Positions 12,327 to 24,230 of a stretch of 64,000 bases of DNA are shown here, piece by piece; positions within the stretch are counted from its first letter, which is position 1, and each line of letters starts with the position of its first letter. Position numbers and translations under genes: made by a program. Source of the DNA: Octopus sinensis (taxonomy: Eukaryota); assembly GCF_006345805.1 (NCBI RefSeq), contig NC_042998.1:162936001-163000000 (forward strand). Reading direction: 5' to 3'. Under the pieces are notes generated by a model. The model made no database searches, was not told where the DNA came from, and saw only the letters and a program-made list of their open reading frames with translations.

Positions 12327-12930
12327 ATAAGAGATGCGTTCAAAAAGTAACCGAATTTATTTATTCCCGCCAAAACTAATGTGACGTGGCAAAAATCCTT
12401 TGGGTGGAAGATGACGCCACCCTTCCTGCGCATGAACGAAAATTTTCGCGCTGATAGGCAGTACCAGTTCCCGACTGTTACGCCTAGAGCACAGACGTGT
12501 ACTGTGCCTTCGTCAGATTTACGTTTCCACGCAAGATGACCAAACGCATCGAGCCGGGGACATGAACATGTTTCATCACCAATAATGGTAATCTTCATGA
12601 AGTTTGGGTCGTGGCTCGCACAGTCCGACATATCCTGAGCGATTTTCATGCGGAGTTGCTTCTGCTGCTCCACCAGCAACTGAGGGACGAATTTCACCGA
12701 CACACTCCACATGCACAAATCCATTAAAATGGAATGCACTGATCCTACACTCATTCTCACTTCGTGAGCAATCTTCTGGATTGTTACACGGCGGACTTCC
12801 ATGACTATTTGCTGAACTTTCTCAATCGGCTCCTCGTTTCGGCTTGTGGATGGCTCGCCTGAGCGAGCCTCGCTTTCCAACTGAGCGAAAATATCTCCCC
12901 TTTTCCTCGAGACACGCAAACAATTGCTTC
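12327..12930. mobile_element. Rearranged mariner relic (plus-strand 5' end joined to a minus-strand internal segment)
   Basis: TIR-like AGAGATGCGTTCAAAAAGTAACCG, 5' UTR and ATG at 12536 (MTKRIE) on plus. 12555-12930 encodes ARSGEPSTSRNEEPIEKV...KFVPQLL...IIGDET on minus. Confidence 0.8.
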
Positions 12931-12970
12931 CGTAGTTTTCTTTCTTTAACTATACTGCAAATTTCAATTC

Positions 12971-13192
12971 ATTTAGCATTCAACTAATTCTGTCACAGGT
13001 GATAGTTGTTTATTGACATTGTTTTGAATTTATGATGCATTAACTCGTAGCTTCGAAATTTTAATGACGCGATTGTTAATTTTTATAATGACATCGTAGG
13101 GTACGTGTGAGAGACTTGATCTGGCAAGTTTGGACATAAAACAGGTAAAATATTTGGACTAGATACGGTCGGTTTAAATGTTAAAGGGTTGA
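12971..13192. mobile_element. piggyBac-like MITE, degenerate copy
   Basis: Similar throughout to 19079-19299. Confidence 0.6.
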
Positions 13193-13289
13193 AATTTTCT
13201 TTTGCGTGCTAACTTTAGTACTGCATATGTCTAAATTAATGCTATTGGATCACCTGAATTACTTCCCTTGGCTCCACATGCGTAGATGG

Positions 13290-13432
13290 AGGACGAGTCG
13301 GTAGGGGTGGTCCGCCTCGAGCGGCACTTTTGGATCAGCTGTAGGTAATATGTATTTTTTTGTGGGGTTCGTGGGCGGCAAACGGAAGGGCTGCCTCGGG
13401 TGGTACACACTCTAGCTACACTAATGCTTGGT
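13290..13432. mobile_element. hAT-like GC-rich MITE fragment
   Basis: Matches 56046-56223 (GGTCCGCCTC..GCGGCACTTTT...GGCGGCAAACGGAA...CTCTAGCTAC). Confidence 0.65.
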
Positions 13433-14244
13433 TCACTTGCTTCTTCTTTCTTTTTGTAGCATAAATAAATTTTCTCCATTGGGATTTTAGAAAACTTTAA
13501 TTTATCACGATATTCTGTCTAGTCAGAATGTTAAGTAATATGCAGTCTATTGGAACATCGCTGTAGTAAAATTACACACACATACACACACAGACATGAT
13601 TGTGTGTCGTATATACAGGTGTTTGTGTCACATTTCGTGAGTTGAGACAATCTGCCTATATGTTTGTCTGTTTAATCTCTCTACCCACTTTTCATCTATC
13701 TTTGTTTCTCTGTCTGTCTGATGATCGTCCTACCTGTTAACCTGCCTACCTGCTAACATATTTGACTATCTATTTATCCATCTAACTACTTATCTGTCTG
13801 TTTGTTTGCCTATCAATTAGTTTATACAAGTTCAGAGCAGAGCTGAAGGCAAATCGGGTAGCAGATCTGCCTGAAGTGCAATTGCTTTATCCAAAGGAGT
13901 ATTTCTTGTACAACTAGAATAACTCTGGTTGGGAAATACTGGGTACGATTAAAGCGTTTATCTTTTGTTTCAGTTATTGGACTACGGCCATGCTGGGGAA
14001 CCACCTTAGGGGTTTTATTCTAGTGTTTATTTTAAGTCAGGTTCATACGCCGTCGGTCTCTTTTGACAAACCATTAGACAAAGGTGACATAAATGAACAT
14101 ATATGAACTTTAGCTGTCATGGAGGACTTGAAGCCAAATGAATACTGGAAAAGAATTTTCCTGTATTATGATGATTCACTGCAGGTAGCAAAATAGCGAC
14201 ACCATGACTGCTGCTCAATGCTCTGTGAACAGTGTATAGGCCGT

Positions 14245-14930
14245 AAGATATGGACTTCATGAAAACTAAGTCTCCTCAAATTGTGATGGTCTTTGGCTAT
14301 GTCTCCAGCGAGGATGACGTCATGCCGTCATCCCGCACCTTTGAACAAGGCCTTAGACTCAATTCAGACGTCTATGTAAAGTTACTGGGGACTGTGATTA
14401 AACACTGGCTCGGAAGGGTTGATGCTGGGAGGCAATATGCATGGCAGAAGGATTCTGTTCCTTGCCATACCTCCCGAAAGACTCAGAAGTGGTTGTCGGA
14501 GAATTACTGCTACTTTTCTAACCCCAATTTTGAGCCTCCTAATTACCTCAATTGTATAATCACATGGATTACTATGTGTGAGGTGCGGTTGAGAAAAGCA
14601 CAAACCGCGCAGCGTGCAGCTCCAAGGACGAGCTGGTGGCAAAATCAAAGAGATGTTCAAAAGATCTTCCCAAGGACGCAGTGAGAAATGTCATGTTTGG
14701 TAAGTTCACCGTCATCAATTCACCGTTTTTTTTTACAATAAAATAGTTTTTAACTATTAATAGTGAGATACTATGGATATATTTTCCTCACGGTGAACTT
14801 TCTTCATGGCGAATTGATGGCAATGAACTTACCTGTAATCGAGAAATGCATGCATAAGGTTCTCAAGTCGTCTTGAGGTCGTAGTGGAAGCTAAGGGAAT
14901 TTATCTCCCAGCCATATTGTGCACATATAG
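14245..14930 (+). pseudogene. maT/DD37D-type (Bmmar1-like) transposase relic
   Basis: MKTKSPQIVMVFGYVSSEDDVMP...FEQGLRLNSDVYVKLL...WQKDSVPCHTSRKTQKWL resembles maT catalytic domains; a C-terminal SRLEVVVEAKG-like stretch lies at ~14865-14900. Confidence 0.8.
14699..14833. mobile_element. ~135 bp MITE nested in the maT relic
   Basis: Imperfect ~24 bp TIRs: GGTAAGTTCACCGTCATCAATTC versus the reverse complement GGTAAGTTCATTGCCATCAATTC. Confidence 0.65.
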
Positions 14931-15189
14931 TAATATTACGATACTGAAATTAGCATGAGCTTATCTCAGTCTTTCTCGTGGAACCCTTAGGAACTTTGCG
15001 GAACCCTAGGGATCCGGGGTACTCCAGTTGAGAGACGCTGATCTGCTTGGTACTTTTCGATTTTTTTAAAGCTTCTCTTATTTTTGGATAGGATATGATG
15101 TTTTCCTTTGCTTTCGTCCAAACTCAAATTTAGCCCGGACACTATTTATATGTGTGGGCACATATTACTATGGCTGCGTATATGTATAC

Positions 15190-15600
15190 ATTTACATGCC
15201 AGTGGGCTGAGACATGGCGAACAACAGTTAAGTCAAATAAGCAAATACAATCATTCATCAACAGATGCTTGCGTAGTATACTTAAAATTAGATGGCCCGA
15301 ACACATAAGCAATATGGAGCTATGGCAAAGAACAAATCAAGTTTCGATTAGGGAGCAAATATTTAAGAAAAAGTGGAAGTGGATTGGTAGCACAATTAGA
15401 AAAGACACACCAAATGTAGCGAAAAGTGCTTTACATTCGAAACCGGATGGATATAGAAAGAGGGTAGGCCTAAGAACTCGTGGCGTAGATCAACACAAAA
15501 GGGACTAGAGAAAGGGGGACATTCATGGCAGAGTATAAGTACAGAAGCGAAAATTTATGCGACATGGAATTCAACTATAAGTGGCCTATACTCCGCGTTG
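15190..15600 (+). mobile_element. RTE-clade LINE 3' fragment
   Basis: AETWRTT...IQSFINRCLRSILKIRWPEHISNMELWQRTNQ...KWKWIG...GYRKR, the characteristic RTE C-terminus. Confidence 0.85.
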
Positions 15601-15961
15601 GAAGGTTAAAGGCAGAAGGAAAAAATATTAGTGTACCCACACTGCTTGCAGAATGGCATCTACATGTACACATATCATCGTTTACCACCGGAGAACATCA
15701 GACCTGTTTGCCTGTCTTTAATTGTCCATGTGTACATAGGATCTCATCTATGCGTCTGCACTTCTGTTATTCATCTGTGTATGCGTGTGCGTACATACGT
15801 GTAAGCATTTCCTAACCAGCAGCGTAATTCCAACGGTTCAATCGCAAATGTATAAATGCATTTGTGATTAATGTTCTTGACAAACTGCTTACCGCGGTCA
15901 CTGACCAGACAAAAAGAAAATCAACGTCTTATATTTCCTTTAAATTGCATTCTACTCTTCT

Positions 15962-16280
15962 GTGAAGGCACGTGGCTTAGTGGTTACGGTATTTAGCTCC
16001 CGATCGTAAGGTCGTGGTGTTCAATTCCCGGTGGCGCGTTGTGTCCTTGAGCAAGATACTTTATTTCATGTTGCTCCAGCCCACTCAGCTGGCAAAAATG
16101 AGTAGTACCTCTGTTTCAAATGACCAGCCTTGTCATACTCTGTGTCACGCTAGGTCTCCCTGAGAACTACATTAAGGGTTTTGCGTGTCTGCGGAGCGCT
16201 CAGTCACATGCAAGTTAATTTCACAAACAGGTTGGTCAAATCAAGTGGAACCCTCGTCGTTGTAACCGACAGAGTGCTGG
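15962..16280 (+). mobile_element. SINE family D
   Basis: tRNA-like head GGCACGTGGCTTAGTGGTTA...TTCAATTCCC, family C centre, family D tail. Confidence 0.8.
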
Positions 16281-16558
16281 TTTTCTTTACTTCTTTTATA
16301 ATTATTATTCCACCTCATCATTTCTAGTCTAAACCTATCCATAGTCCTCTTCCTTTTCTAATTATATTTTCCTTCCGTCTCCCACCTCATGCGCTCCTAA
16401 ATTTTCTTTGTCTACATGATCTGTCTCTCTCTCTCTCTCCAGCTCAATAAATAGCTTTTTTATTGTTTCCAAAAGCTGTTCTCAATCCTTGAAAAAGTTT
16501 CTCCTCTCGCGGCGCTCTTCATCTGTGTGTGTGTGTATGTGTGTGTGTGTATGTGTGT

Positions 16559-16616
<58 letters not shown>

Positions 16617-16672
16617 ACGAGTAGGCAAACGAAAGAAAGTGGCACTCAACCCATTTGATAGAGAATACATAT

Positions 16673-16752
16673 TAGTTTCAGTGGCTTGTAGAATAAAAGT
16701 AGCTCGTCTCGTACCTGATGAGCTACGTTTATTCTACGAGTCACAAATGCTA
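16673..16752 (+). ncRNA. Candidate pri/pre-miRNA-like hairpin
   Basis: 28 bp stem (16681-16708 with 16717-16744) with 3 G.U pairs, 1 mismatch and an 8 nt loop, plus an imperfect 8 bp basal stem. No expression evidence. Confidence 0.35.
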
Positions 16753-16784
16753 CACACACACATGTCTATACATCAATATATATA

Positions 16785-16819
<35 letters not shown>

Positions 16820-16919
16820 AAGGAAAAGATGTGACGTTACTTATGGGACGAACTTATGGAAGCTTCTTTACTCCGAGTAGTTACACCATTGTCGAATGGA
16901 TTGGTGTGTATTTCGAAGT

Positions 16920-16982
16920 GTAGAGCACGTGTGTGTGTGTGTGTGTTGTGTGTGTGTGTGTGTTGGTGTGGTGTGTGTGTGT

Positions 16983-17031
<49 letters not shown>

Positions 17032-17117
17032 TGTGTGTGTATGTGTGGTGTGTGTGTGTGTGTGTTGTGTGTGTGTGTGTGTGTATGTGTGTGTGTGTTG
17101 TGTGTGTGTGGTGTGGT

Positions 17118-17149
<32 letters not shown>

Positions 17150-17197
17150 TGTGTGTGTATGTGTGTGTGTGTGTATGTGTGTGTGGTGTGTGTGTTG

Positions 17198-17230
<33 letters not shown>

Positions 17231-17578
17231 TGTGGTGTATGTGTGTGGTGTGTGTGTGGTGTGTGTGTGGTGTGTGTGTATGTGTGTGTGTTGTGGGTAT
17301 GTTTGTGTGGTGTGGTGTGTGTGGTGTGTATGGTGTGTGTGTGTGTGTTGGTGTGTGTGGTTGTGTGTGTGTTGTGTGTGTGTGTGTGGTGTGTGTTGTG
17401 TGTGTTGTTTGTATGTGTGTGTGTGGTGGTGTGTGTATGTGTGTGTGTGTGTGTGTGTGGTGTGTGTGGTGTGTGTGTGTGTGTGTGTGTGTGTGTTGTG
17501 TGTGTATGTGTGTATGGTGTGGTGTGTGTGTGTGTGTTGGTGTGTATGTGTGTGTGTGTGTGTGGTGTGTGTGTGTGT

Positions 17579-17616
<38 letters not shown>

Positions 17617-17629
17617 TGTGTGTGTATGT

Positions 17630-17676
<47 letters not shown>

Positions 17677-17743
17677 GTGTGTGTGTATATGTGTGTGTGT
17701 TGTGTGTGTGTGTGTGGGTGTGTGTGTGTGTGTTGTGTGTTTG

Positions 17744-17785
<42 letters not shown>

Positions 17786-17885
17786 TGGGTGTGTGTGTGT
17801 GTGTGTGTGTGTGATGTGTGTATTGTGTGTGTGTGTATGTGTGTGTGTGTGTGTGTGAGGTGTGTGTGTGTGTGTGTGTGTGGTG

Positions 17886-17919
<34 letters not shown>

Positions 17920-17920
17920 A
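16920..17920. repeat. ~1 kb degenerate (GT)n microsatellite
   Basis: GT array interrupted by GG, TT and AT slips. Confidence 0.95.
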
Positions 17921-18402
17921 TACGTTAAAATGTGTTAATATGGCTGACTGCTTTTAGGCTGGCGAGCTGGCGAAATCGTTAGCACGTCGGGAAAATGTTT
18001 AGTAGCATTTGATCCGTCTTTGCAGTCAGAGTTCAGATTCCGCCATGGTTGAATTTGCTTTTTACCCTTTCAAAGTCGATAAAATAAGTACCAGTTGTGA
18101 TTTAATCTATTTAATCAAATTGCTGGCCAAAGTCTGTGATTGTTTTGAATATGAATATTTCTAATGTGTATGTGTGTAAATTATACACAAAAACCAAACT
18201 TAGAAAAGAAAAGAAACTTTGTGTATTAACTTACATTTTATTCAGAATTATTTCATTCAAAATATTTACCTCCGTTGCTGGAACATATTATTCACTTGTT
18301 CTCTAAAAAAAAGAAGAAAAAGAAGAAACGTCACGATAGCCAAATTTGGATACTAGTACAGTTAAGGGATTAGAGTTGTCATGTGCTTTGCAAGAAAAAT
18401 AA

Positions 18403-18465
<63 letters not shown>

Positions 18466-18474
18466 TAATAATAA

Positions 18475-18672
18475 TCCTTTCTACTAAAGGCACAAGGCCT
18501 GAAATTTAGTTGGAGGGATATAGTCAATTACATCGATCCCAGTGCGTAACTGGAACTTAATTTATCGACCCCGAAAGGATGAAAGGCAAAGTCGACTTCG
18601 GCGGAATTTGAACCCAGAACATAGCGGCAGACGAAATACCGCTAAGCATTTCGCCTGGCCAGCTGGCCGCCT
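18475..18672 (-). mobile_element. SINE family B
   Basis: Reverse complement of the family B consensus, next to a (TAA)n tract. Confidence 0.85.
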
Positions 18673-18744
18673 TCAATAATAATAATAACAATAATAATAA
18701 TTATTATTATTATCATTGTTGTTGTTGTTGTTGTTGTTAGTCGT

Positions 18745-18895
18745 CATTCTAGTAGTTGTAGGGGCATTCAGTGCGCTAACAACCAAGTTCGAGAAATATG
18801 TGAGAGAAATCGAAACTGATGTGAGAGCAGAGCACACCTAAAAAACTGCTCTGCTGGGGACAGCTAGGATTTTGTGACTGGTACTTGAGCGTTGA
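18745..18895 (+). mobile_element. R4/Dong-like (RLE) non-LTR retrotransposon 3' fragment
   Basis: VVVGAFSALTTKFEKY...KTALLGTARIL resembles the C-terminal 'IVIGALG...QKTALLGTARILR' motif. Confidence 0.7.
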
Positions 18896-19078
18896 ATGTC
18901 TTCCACAATAATTAGCAACCAATCATCAAAGATTATAATGCGCGGAAAGAGACCCTGTGAGTCCACTGACAATAGGCTGCAGTCTGCTCCCACAGAATCA
19001 ACCAGAGCAAACAAGTGATAAGAGATCAGCTATATTGTCGTGGTGCAGCATTTTTGGTTATGCGTGTTTCTTCCTTAA

Positions 19079-19299
19079 CCATTTTAGCATTCAGATTACT
19101 CTGTCCAAGTGTAATGATCATTTATTCACATTGTTTTGAATTAATCATACATTATCTTGTAATTTTGAGATTTCGACGATGTTTAATTTTAGAATGACAC
19201 TAGCGTATATGTGAAAGGCCAGATCTGGACATTAAACATCTGATCATAAAACAGGTAGAATATTTGGGCCGGATATGACCAGTTTAAATGCTAAAGAGG
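19079..19299. mobile_element. piggyBac-like MITE
   Basis: TTAA at 19075-78 and 19300-03 flanking imperfect TIRs CCATTTTAGCATT / AATGCTAAAGAGG. Confidence 0.75.
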
Positions 19300-19697
19300 T
19301 TAAGCCTCTTCCTTTACAATATCTTTCTCAAATGGTTCGCGGCATTCAAGTAAAACTCTATACTGATCGTCTGATCACGTGGAACAAACACATGATGAAC
19401 GACGCCATTTTAATCAAAGACAACGATTGACATCACCTCCATTTTTGAACAACTCTGATGATGAATCAACCCACTGTGACGACTAACTTTCTGTTCCGAC
19501 ATTGTAATTGTGCATCTAGGTTTTGTTACTTGTGGCAATATTCATAAAGTTTTCGTCTGTATTCAAACGATTAGACTTCTCCTGGCTACCTGTGATTCAG
19601 TTCTCTATTTATATCTTGTTTTTATAGGTTACATATATTAGATCATACCTTGAAATTGTATAGACTGAGATGCCCGCTGACAGGCCCCTGATATCTT

Positions 19698-20078
19698 CTC
19701 TCTATATATAAACGGCAGTTTGTCTGTGTGTGTTTCTGTGTGTCTGCTAGGTTGTACCCCCACCTGACCACGGCTTTCAACTGATTCTGATGAAACTTGA
19801 CACACACATAGCCCATGTCATAATTCAAGACTAACGTAGCGAAAATTTGAAAAGTTCCCCCAGTTCTGAATAAGATCGATAAATACGACATGGGGTCGAC
19901 AATCAGAAACACAAACCACAGATGGTATAGGGGGACGCAACTCGACCTTTTTAACTATCAAAAAAAATTTACCATAATTTTTTTCCCATTTTTTTGCTAT
20001 TTTTTGGCTATAACTCTCTAAAAATGCTTTATAGTTATTTCCCTTACAAACCCGAGCAACGCCGGGCGATACTGCTAG
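19698..20078 (+). mobile_element. Non-autonomous Helitron (family H2, short copy)
   Basis: 5' TCTCTATATATAAACGGCAG; 3' hairpin CCCGAGCAACGCCGGG then CTGCTAG|T; shares blocks with 48801-49941. Confidence 0.8.
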
Positions 20079-21116
20079 TTTAAAATAAAGAGTTAATATA
20101 GTAGACAAATTTGTAGCTGAAGATTTTTGTAGCTATGGTAATTGTCATGAGTATTTAACCAGTTTGGCTGCTTATTTCGCTGGTACTGGTCAAACCGATG
20201 GAGACGCCTATGATACGAATCCAACAAAGTTCAAAATTCGATTAAGATTATTCCACATTTTTTTTTCAATCTACGGAGAAACAGCTAAACTTGCCCTGTT
20301 TATAAAGGTTACATATATATATTACATATATATATTCTTCTGTGATATTTATACCTGAGTGTTTCTATCTATAGCTTTGAATCCCACTAAACAGATTATG
20401 TGTCCCTCACAAAGGGTTCGAAACAACAGAAACTTTAGATTAGTCCTGAAGAGGGGCTTGAATATATCTCATTTTATCGTCATGTAATTTCTGTTCGGTT
20501 ATACACGTTTCCGCCTTTTATTGTAAGTTCCTTTCCGTGTTGACAAGATATTTCATTCTCCCGCTCTCTCGCATCGTCCGTAAAACTTCGTTTCTTTTTT
20601 ATCACCCTTTTCTGCCTATTTTACTTGAACTTTCGTCTCTTATTCTTCACAGTGCTCAACCTTATGCACACACGTGTGTATGTGTGTAGCTATATGAATG
20701 TCTATATTATTTTATGTATCTATACATAAAAGTCTTTACGTACACAAATACGCACACATACCCACAAATACATATGACTGCGTGAATGAGTAAATACCCG
20801 CTTTTGAGGTACATCTATGTCTGCGTGTGTGGGGGTAATTAATGTATATGTATATATACCTAATTATATATACTTCAACAGTACACTACACTCTGTTGGC
20901 AGCAATTCTTACCAAAATTTATTTTTATCCTGCTTATGTGTGTAAATGTATATAAAGAGATAAATGTATGTGTGTCTATATATATGTGGTTGTGAGTGTG
21001 TGTGTGTTTGTATGTGTGTATATGTGAGTATTTATATATACACACACATACATTTATATATCCATGTTTCGGCTCTCAAGCTCTCAATGAAACCCACAGG
21101 TTTCTAAATGTATATC

Positions 21117-21163
<47 letters not shown>

Positions 21164-21207
21164 TGTGTGTGTGTACGTATATACATACAAGTATGAATGT
21201 GTATATG

Positions 21208-21240
<33 letters not shown>

Positions 21241-21354
21241 TAAGTAAACTTACGTATATACTCACCCACACAGGTATGTATATTTAGGTAAGATGTCTTA
21301 GAGTATTTTCGCATATTTGCATGTTTCGCATATCCTGTACACACACACACACAC

Positions 21355-21395
<41 letters not shown>

Positions 21396-21529
21396 ACACA
21401 CAACATACACATACATATCTACAATATAGTAGTCTGTTTCTAGGCGTGTTTTTTCTTCTATATTTTGTGTGTTACTTTATTGTTTGTATTACTTATTTTA
21501 TTACTTGTCTACTACGAACTTACTTATGA

Positions 21530-21905
21530 ATGTATACCTACGTATACAAGTTATATTTATATATACGCGTGTGTGTGTGTGTGTGTGTACTTATGTGTGT
21601 GATTGTATATGAATGTGTATATGTATATATGTATATAGATATATATGGAAGTATTGTGTGTGTGTATATATATAGAGAGAGAGTGAGAGAGAAGTGTGTG
21701 TGTGTATAAATATGTAGTAGTGCAACTGAATATATATATATACCTACGTATACAAGTTATATTTATATATACGCGTGTGTGATTGTATATGAATGTGTAT
21801 ATGTATATATGTATATAGGTATATATGGAAGTATTGTGTGTGTGTATATATATATAGAGAGAGAGTGTGAGAGAGAAGTGTGTGTGTGTATAAATATGTA
21901 GTAGT
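21530..21905. repeat. ~200 bp tandem duplication of compound microsatellite sequence
   Basis: TACCTACGTATACAAGTTATATTT...GGAAGTATTG...AAATATGTAGTAGTG occurs twice in series. Confidence 0.85.
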
Positions 21906-22638
21906 GTGTTGTGTATATATATATATATACACACACACGTAGTCACACATGCCCAGCACTGATCTTTGCGTGTGCATGTGCGTGTGTGTGTGTGTGTGCA
22001 TATGTGTGTATGCAGGGGTGGGTAGGTGGGGGGCAATGCTTTGTTTATTTTGTAATGAAATAATGTCAGTAAGAATGGGAAAATATTATTTTCAGGAAAA
22101 CTTGACAGAAACATACCAACGTGGAATGGCAGGCTGGTAGTGTTGGTAACATATAATATGTATTTTTGTATTACACTCTCTTTACAATACTGAAGTTGCC
22201 CTGCATTTTCTATATATATATTTCTACTTTATGTGTGTCCATGTATTTATGTATTTGTTTGTGTATATATGTATGTACATGCGGATATTTATATGTGTCG
22301 CTGTAAAGGTTGTGTATTCACATAACTGTATGTGCATGCTTATATTGTGATTGAATGTGTGTGTGTGTATGTGTGTACGTATGTATGATTGAATATGTGA
22401 ATATGTATGTGTGTGTGTATGTATGATTGAGTGTGTATGTGTGTGTGTGTGATTGTATATGTGTGTGTGTGTGTATGTATGATTGAATGTGTATGTGTGT
22501 GTGTGTGATTGTATATGTGTGTCTGGGTGGGTCTGATTGCATGTGTGTGTGTGTGTGATTGCATATGTGCGTGCGTATGTATATGTGATTGCATATGCGT
22601 GTTTGTGTGTGTGTCTGCGCGCGTGTTCGTGTGTGTGG

Positions 22639-22669
<31 letters not shown>

Positions 22670-22954
22670 TGTGTGTGTGTGTGTATGTGTGTGTGTGTGT
22701 GTGAATGTATAAATAGCTGGAAGAATGTAAGGATGAAAGGATAAATGGATGGGAGGATCGATGAAAGGATGGATGGATGGATCATTGGAACATGGGGAAA
22801 ATTGCCTCCTGGTATTTGTTTCGGCTCTTTATGCTCTGAGTTCAAATCCCACTGTGATCATCTTTGTTTTTACATCCTCTTGAGATTGATGAAATATAAA
22901 TCTGAGGTTAATACAATCGACTTTCACCCTTTCCCTCAAAACTGCTGGCCTTCT

Positions 22955-22983
22955 ATATCATCATCATCATCATCATCATCATC

Positions 22984-23061
<78 letters not shown>

Positions 23062-23081
23062 TCAACATCATCATCATCATT

Positions 23082-23124
<43 letters not shown>

Positions 23125-23330
23125 GCCTCTTCATCATCAGCATCATCATTGTCGTCGTTTTAACGTCTACTGTTCCACGTATCCGATGACATTTGTTAAG
23201 GCAAATTTTGTACTACCAGATGCCTTTCCAATCACCAACCCTCACCTGTTTGTCTAAGCAAGGCAATATTTCCTCAAGGCCAGATTCAACATGGTGATAT
23301 TCGTTTATAGCTGTCATGTGACGTCAAGGC
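22955..23330 (-). mobile_element. RTE-type retroposon 3' end with a long (GAT)n tail
   Basis: Minus strand ends ...GACGTTAAAACGACGACAATGATGATG; the (CAT)n array spans ~22957-23150. Same tail type as 27730-28110. Confidence 0.65.
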
Positions 23331-23349
23331 AAGGAGACACAAACTCACA

Positions 23350-23410
<61 letters not shown>

Positions 23411-23747
23411 ACACAGAGATACAAACACATACATGCACACATGCACGTATGGACATATATTTGCATATTTAGCAATTTTCGTTGCTAAACTAAGAGTTAT
23501 ATGATGGCTGTCAACTTGTTAAAATTTTCATCGATTTTCATGAGGGACGGAGTGTGTAACATGCACCAGTTATTAAATTTTCTTTTTCACATATATTTTT
23601 TCCCTTTTTGTGTCATTTATACAAGTTGAGTACATATTTGATGCTAAGTGACTTCCTCTAACAAGTTGTTTTTGGATTGCAATATACTATTATATACATG
23701 CGTGCTGTTGCTGATTTCTTTTTCATCTTTGGACTTTTCCCTTTCTT

Positions 23748-23782
23748 CTATCCGACGAAGAGCTATGCTCGAAACGTCAAAC
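23748..23782 (+). ncRNA. Decayed minimal hammerhead-like motif (PLE type)
   Basis: CCGACGA-A-GAGC(TAT)GCTC-GAAA-C-GTC; helix I does not pair. Confidence 0.45.
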
Positions 23783-24044
23783 TCGCTCCTTTCATCAAGC
23801 TAATACATATTCTTGTGCACATCTTCACATTCATTTTTATTCATTTTTAAAATTCGTTTATTTGGACTTTTCATTTATTTGATTTGACTATAAATACATA
23901 CATACAGACAAACAGTGGAAGGGGCTATAGTAGAAGACACTTGCTCAAGGTGCCACGCAGTGGGACTGAACCCGGAACCATGTGGTTGGTAAGCAAGCTA
24001 CTTACCACACAGCCACTCCTGCACCTATGTATATATACATATAA

Positions 24045-24230
24045 AGGGAAAGTTTACGAAAATAAACAAAAGACGAAGGCAGGTGGTGTACAAACAAACA
24101 GATGTATTAGTATAGCGCTCAGGAATAGAAAAAGTCTTTTACGTTTCGAGCCTACGCTCTTCTACAGAAAGATACACAGAAAAAAACAAGGAGAGAAAAA
24201 ATGTGTGTAGTAGCTAACGATTTATCATGG
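24045..24230 (-). mobile_element. Penelope-like terminus next to a TA tract
   Basis: Same motif and pyrimidine-rich minus-strand tail as 3391-3565. Confidence 0.55.
24135..24172 (-). ncRNA. Minimal hammerhead-like motif (core variant CUGUAGA)
   Basis: Minus strand TCTTT-CTGTAGA-A-GAGC(GTAG)GCTC-GAAA-C-GTA-AAAGA: 5 bp helix I, ACGT helix III. Confidence 0.55.

Noticed and set aside
16856-17938. 293-360 aa ORFs on both strands (poly-CV, poly-HT)
   Set aside because: Translations of the (GT)n array. The same applies to the YI/IY, THTH and LSIY ORFs throughout the window.
20440-20475. CCTGAAGAGGGG as another hammerhead core
   Set aside because: No matching helix II 3' strand or GAAA downstream. 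Likewise CTGACGA at ~54447 and CTGATGA at 16715.
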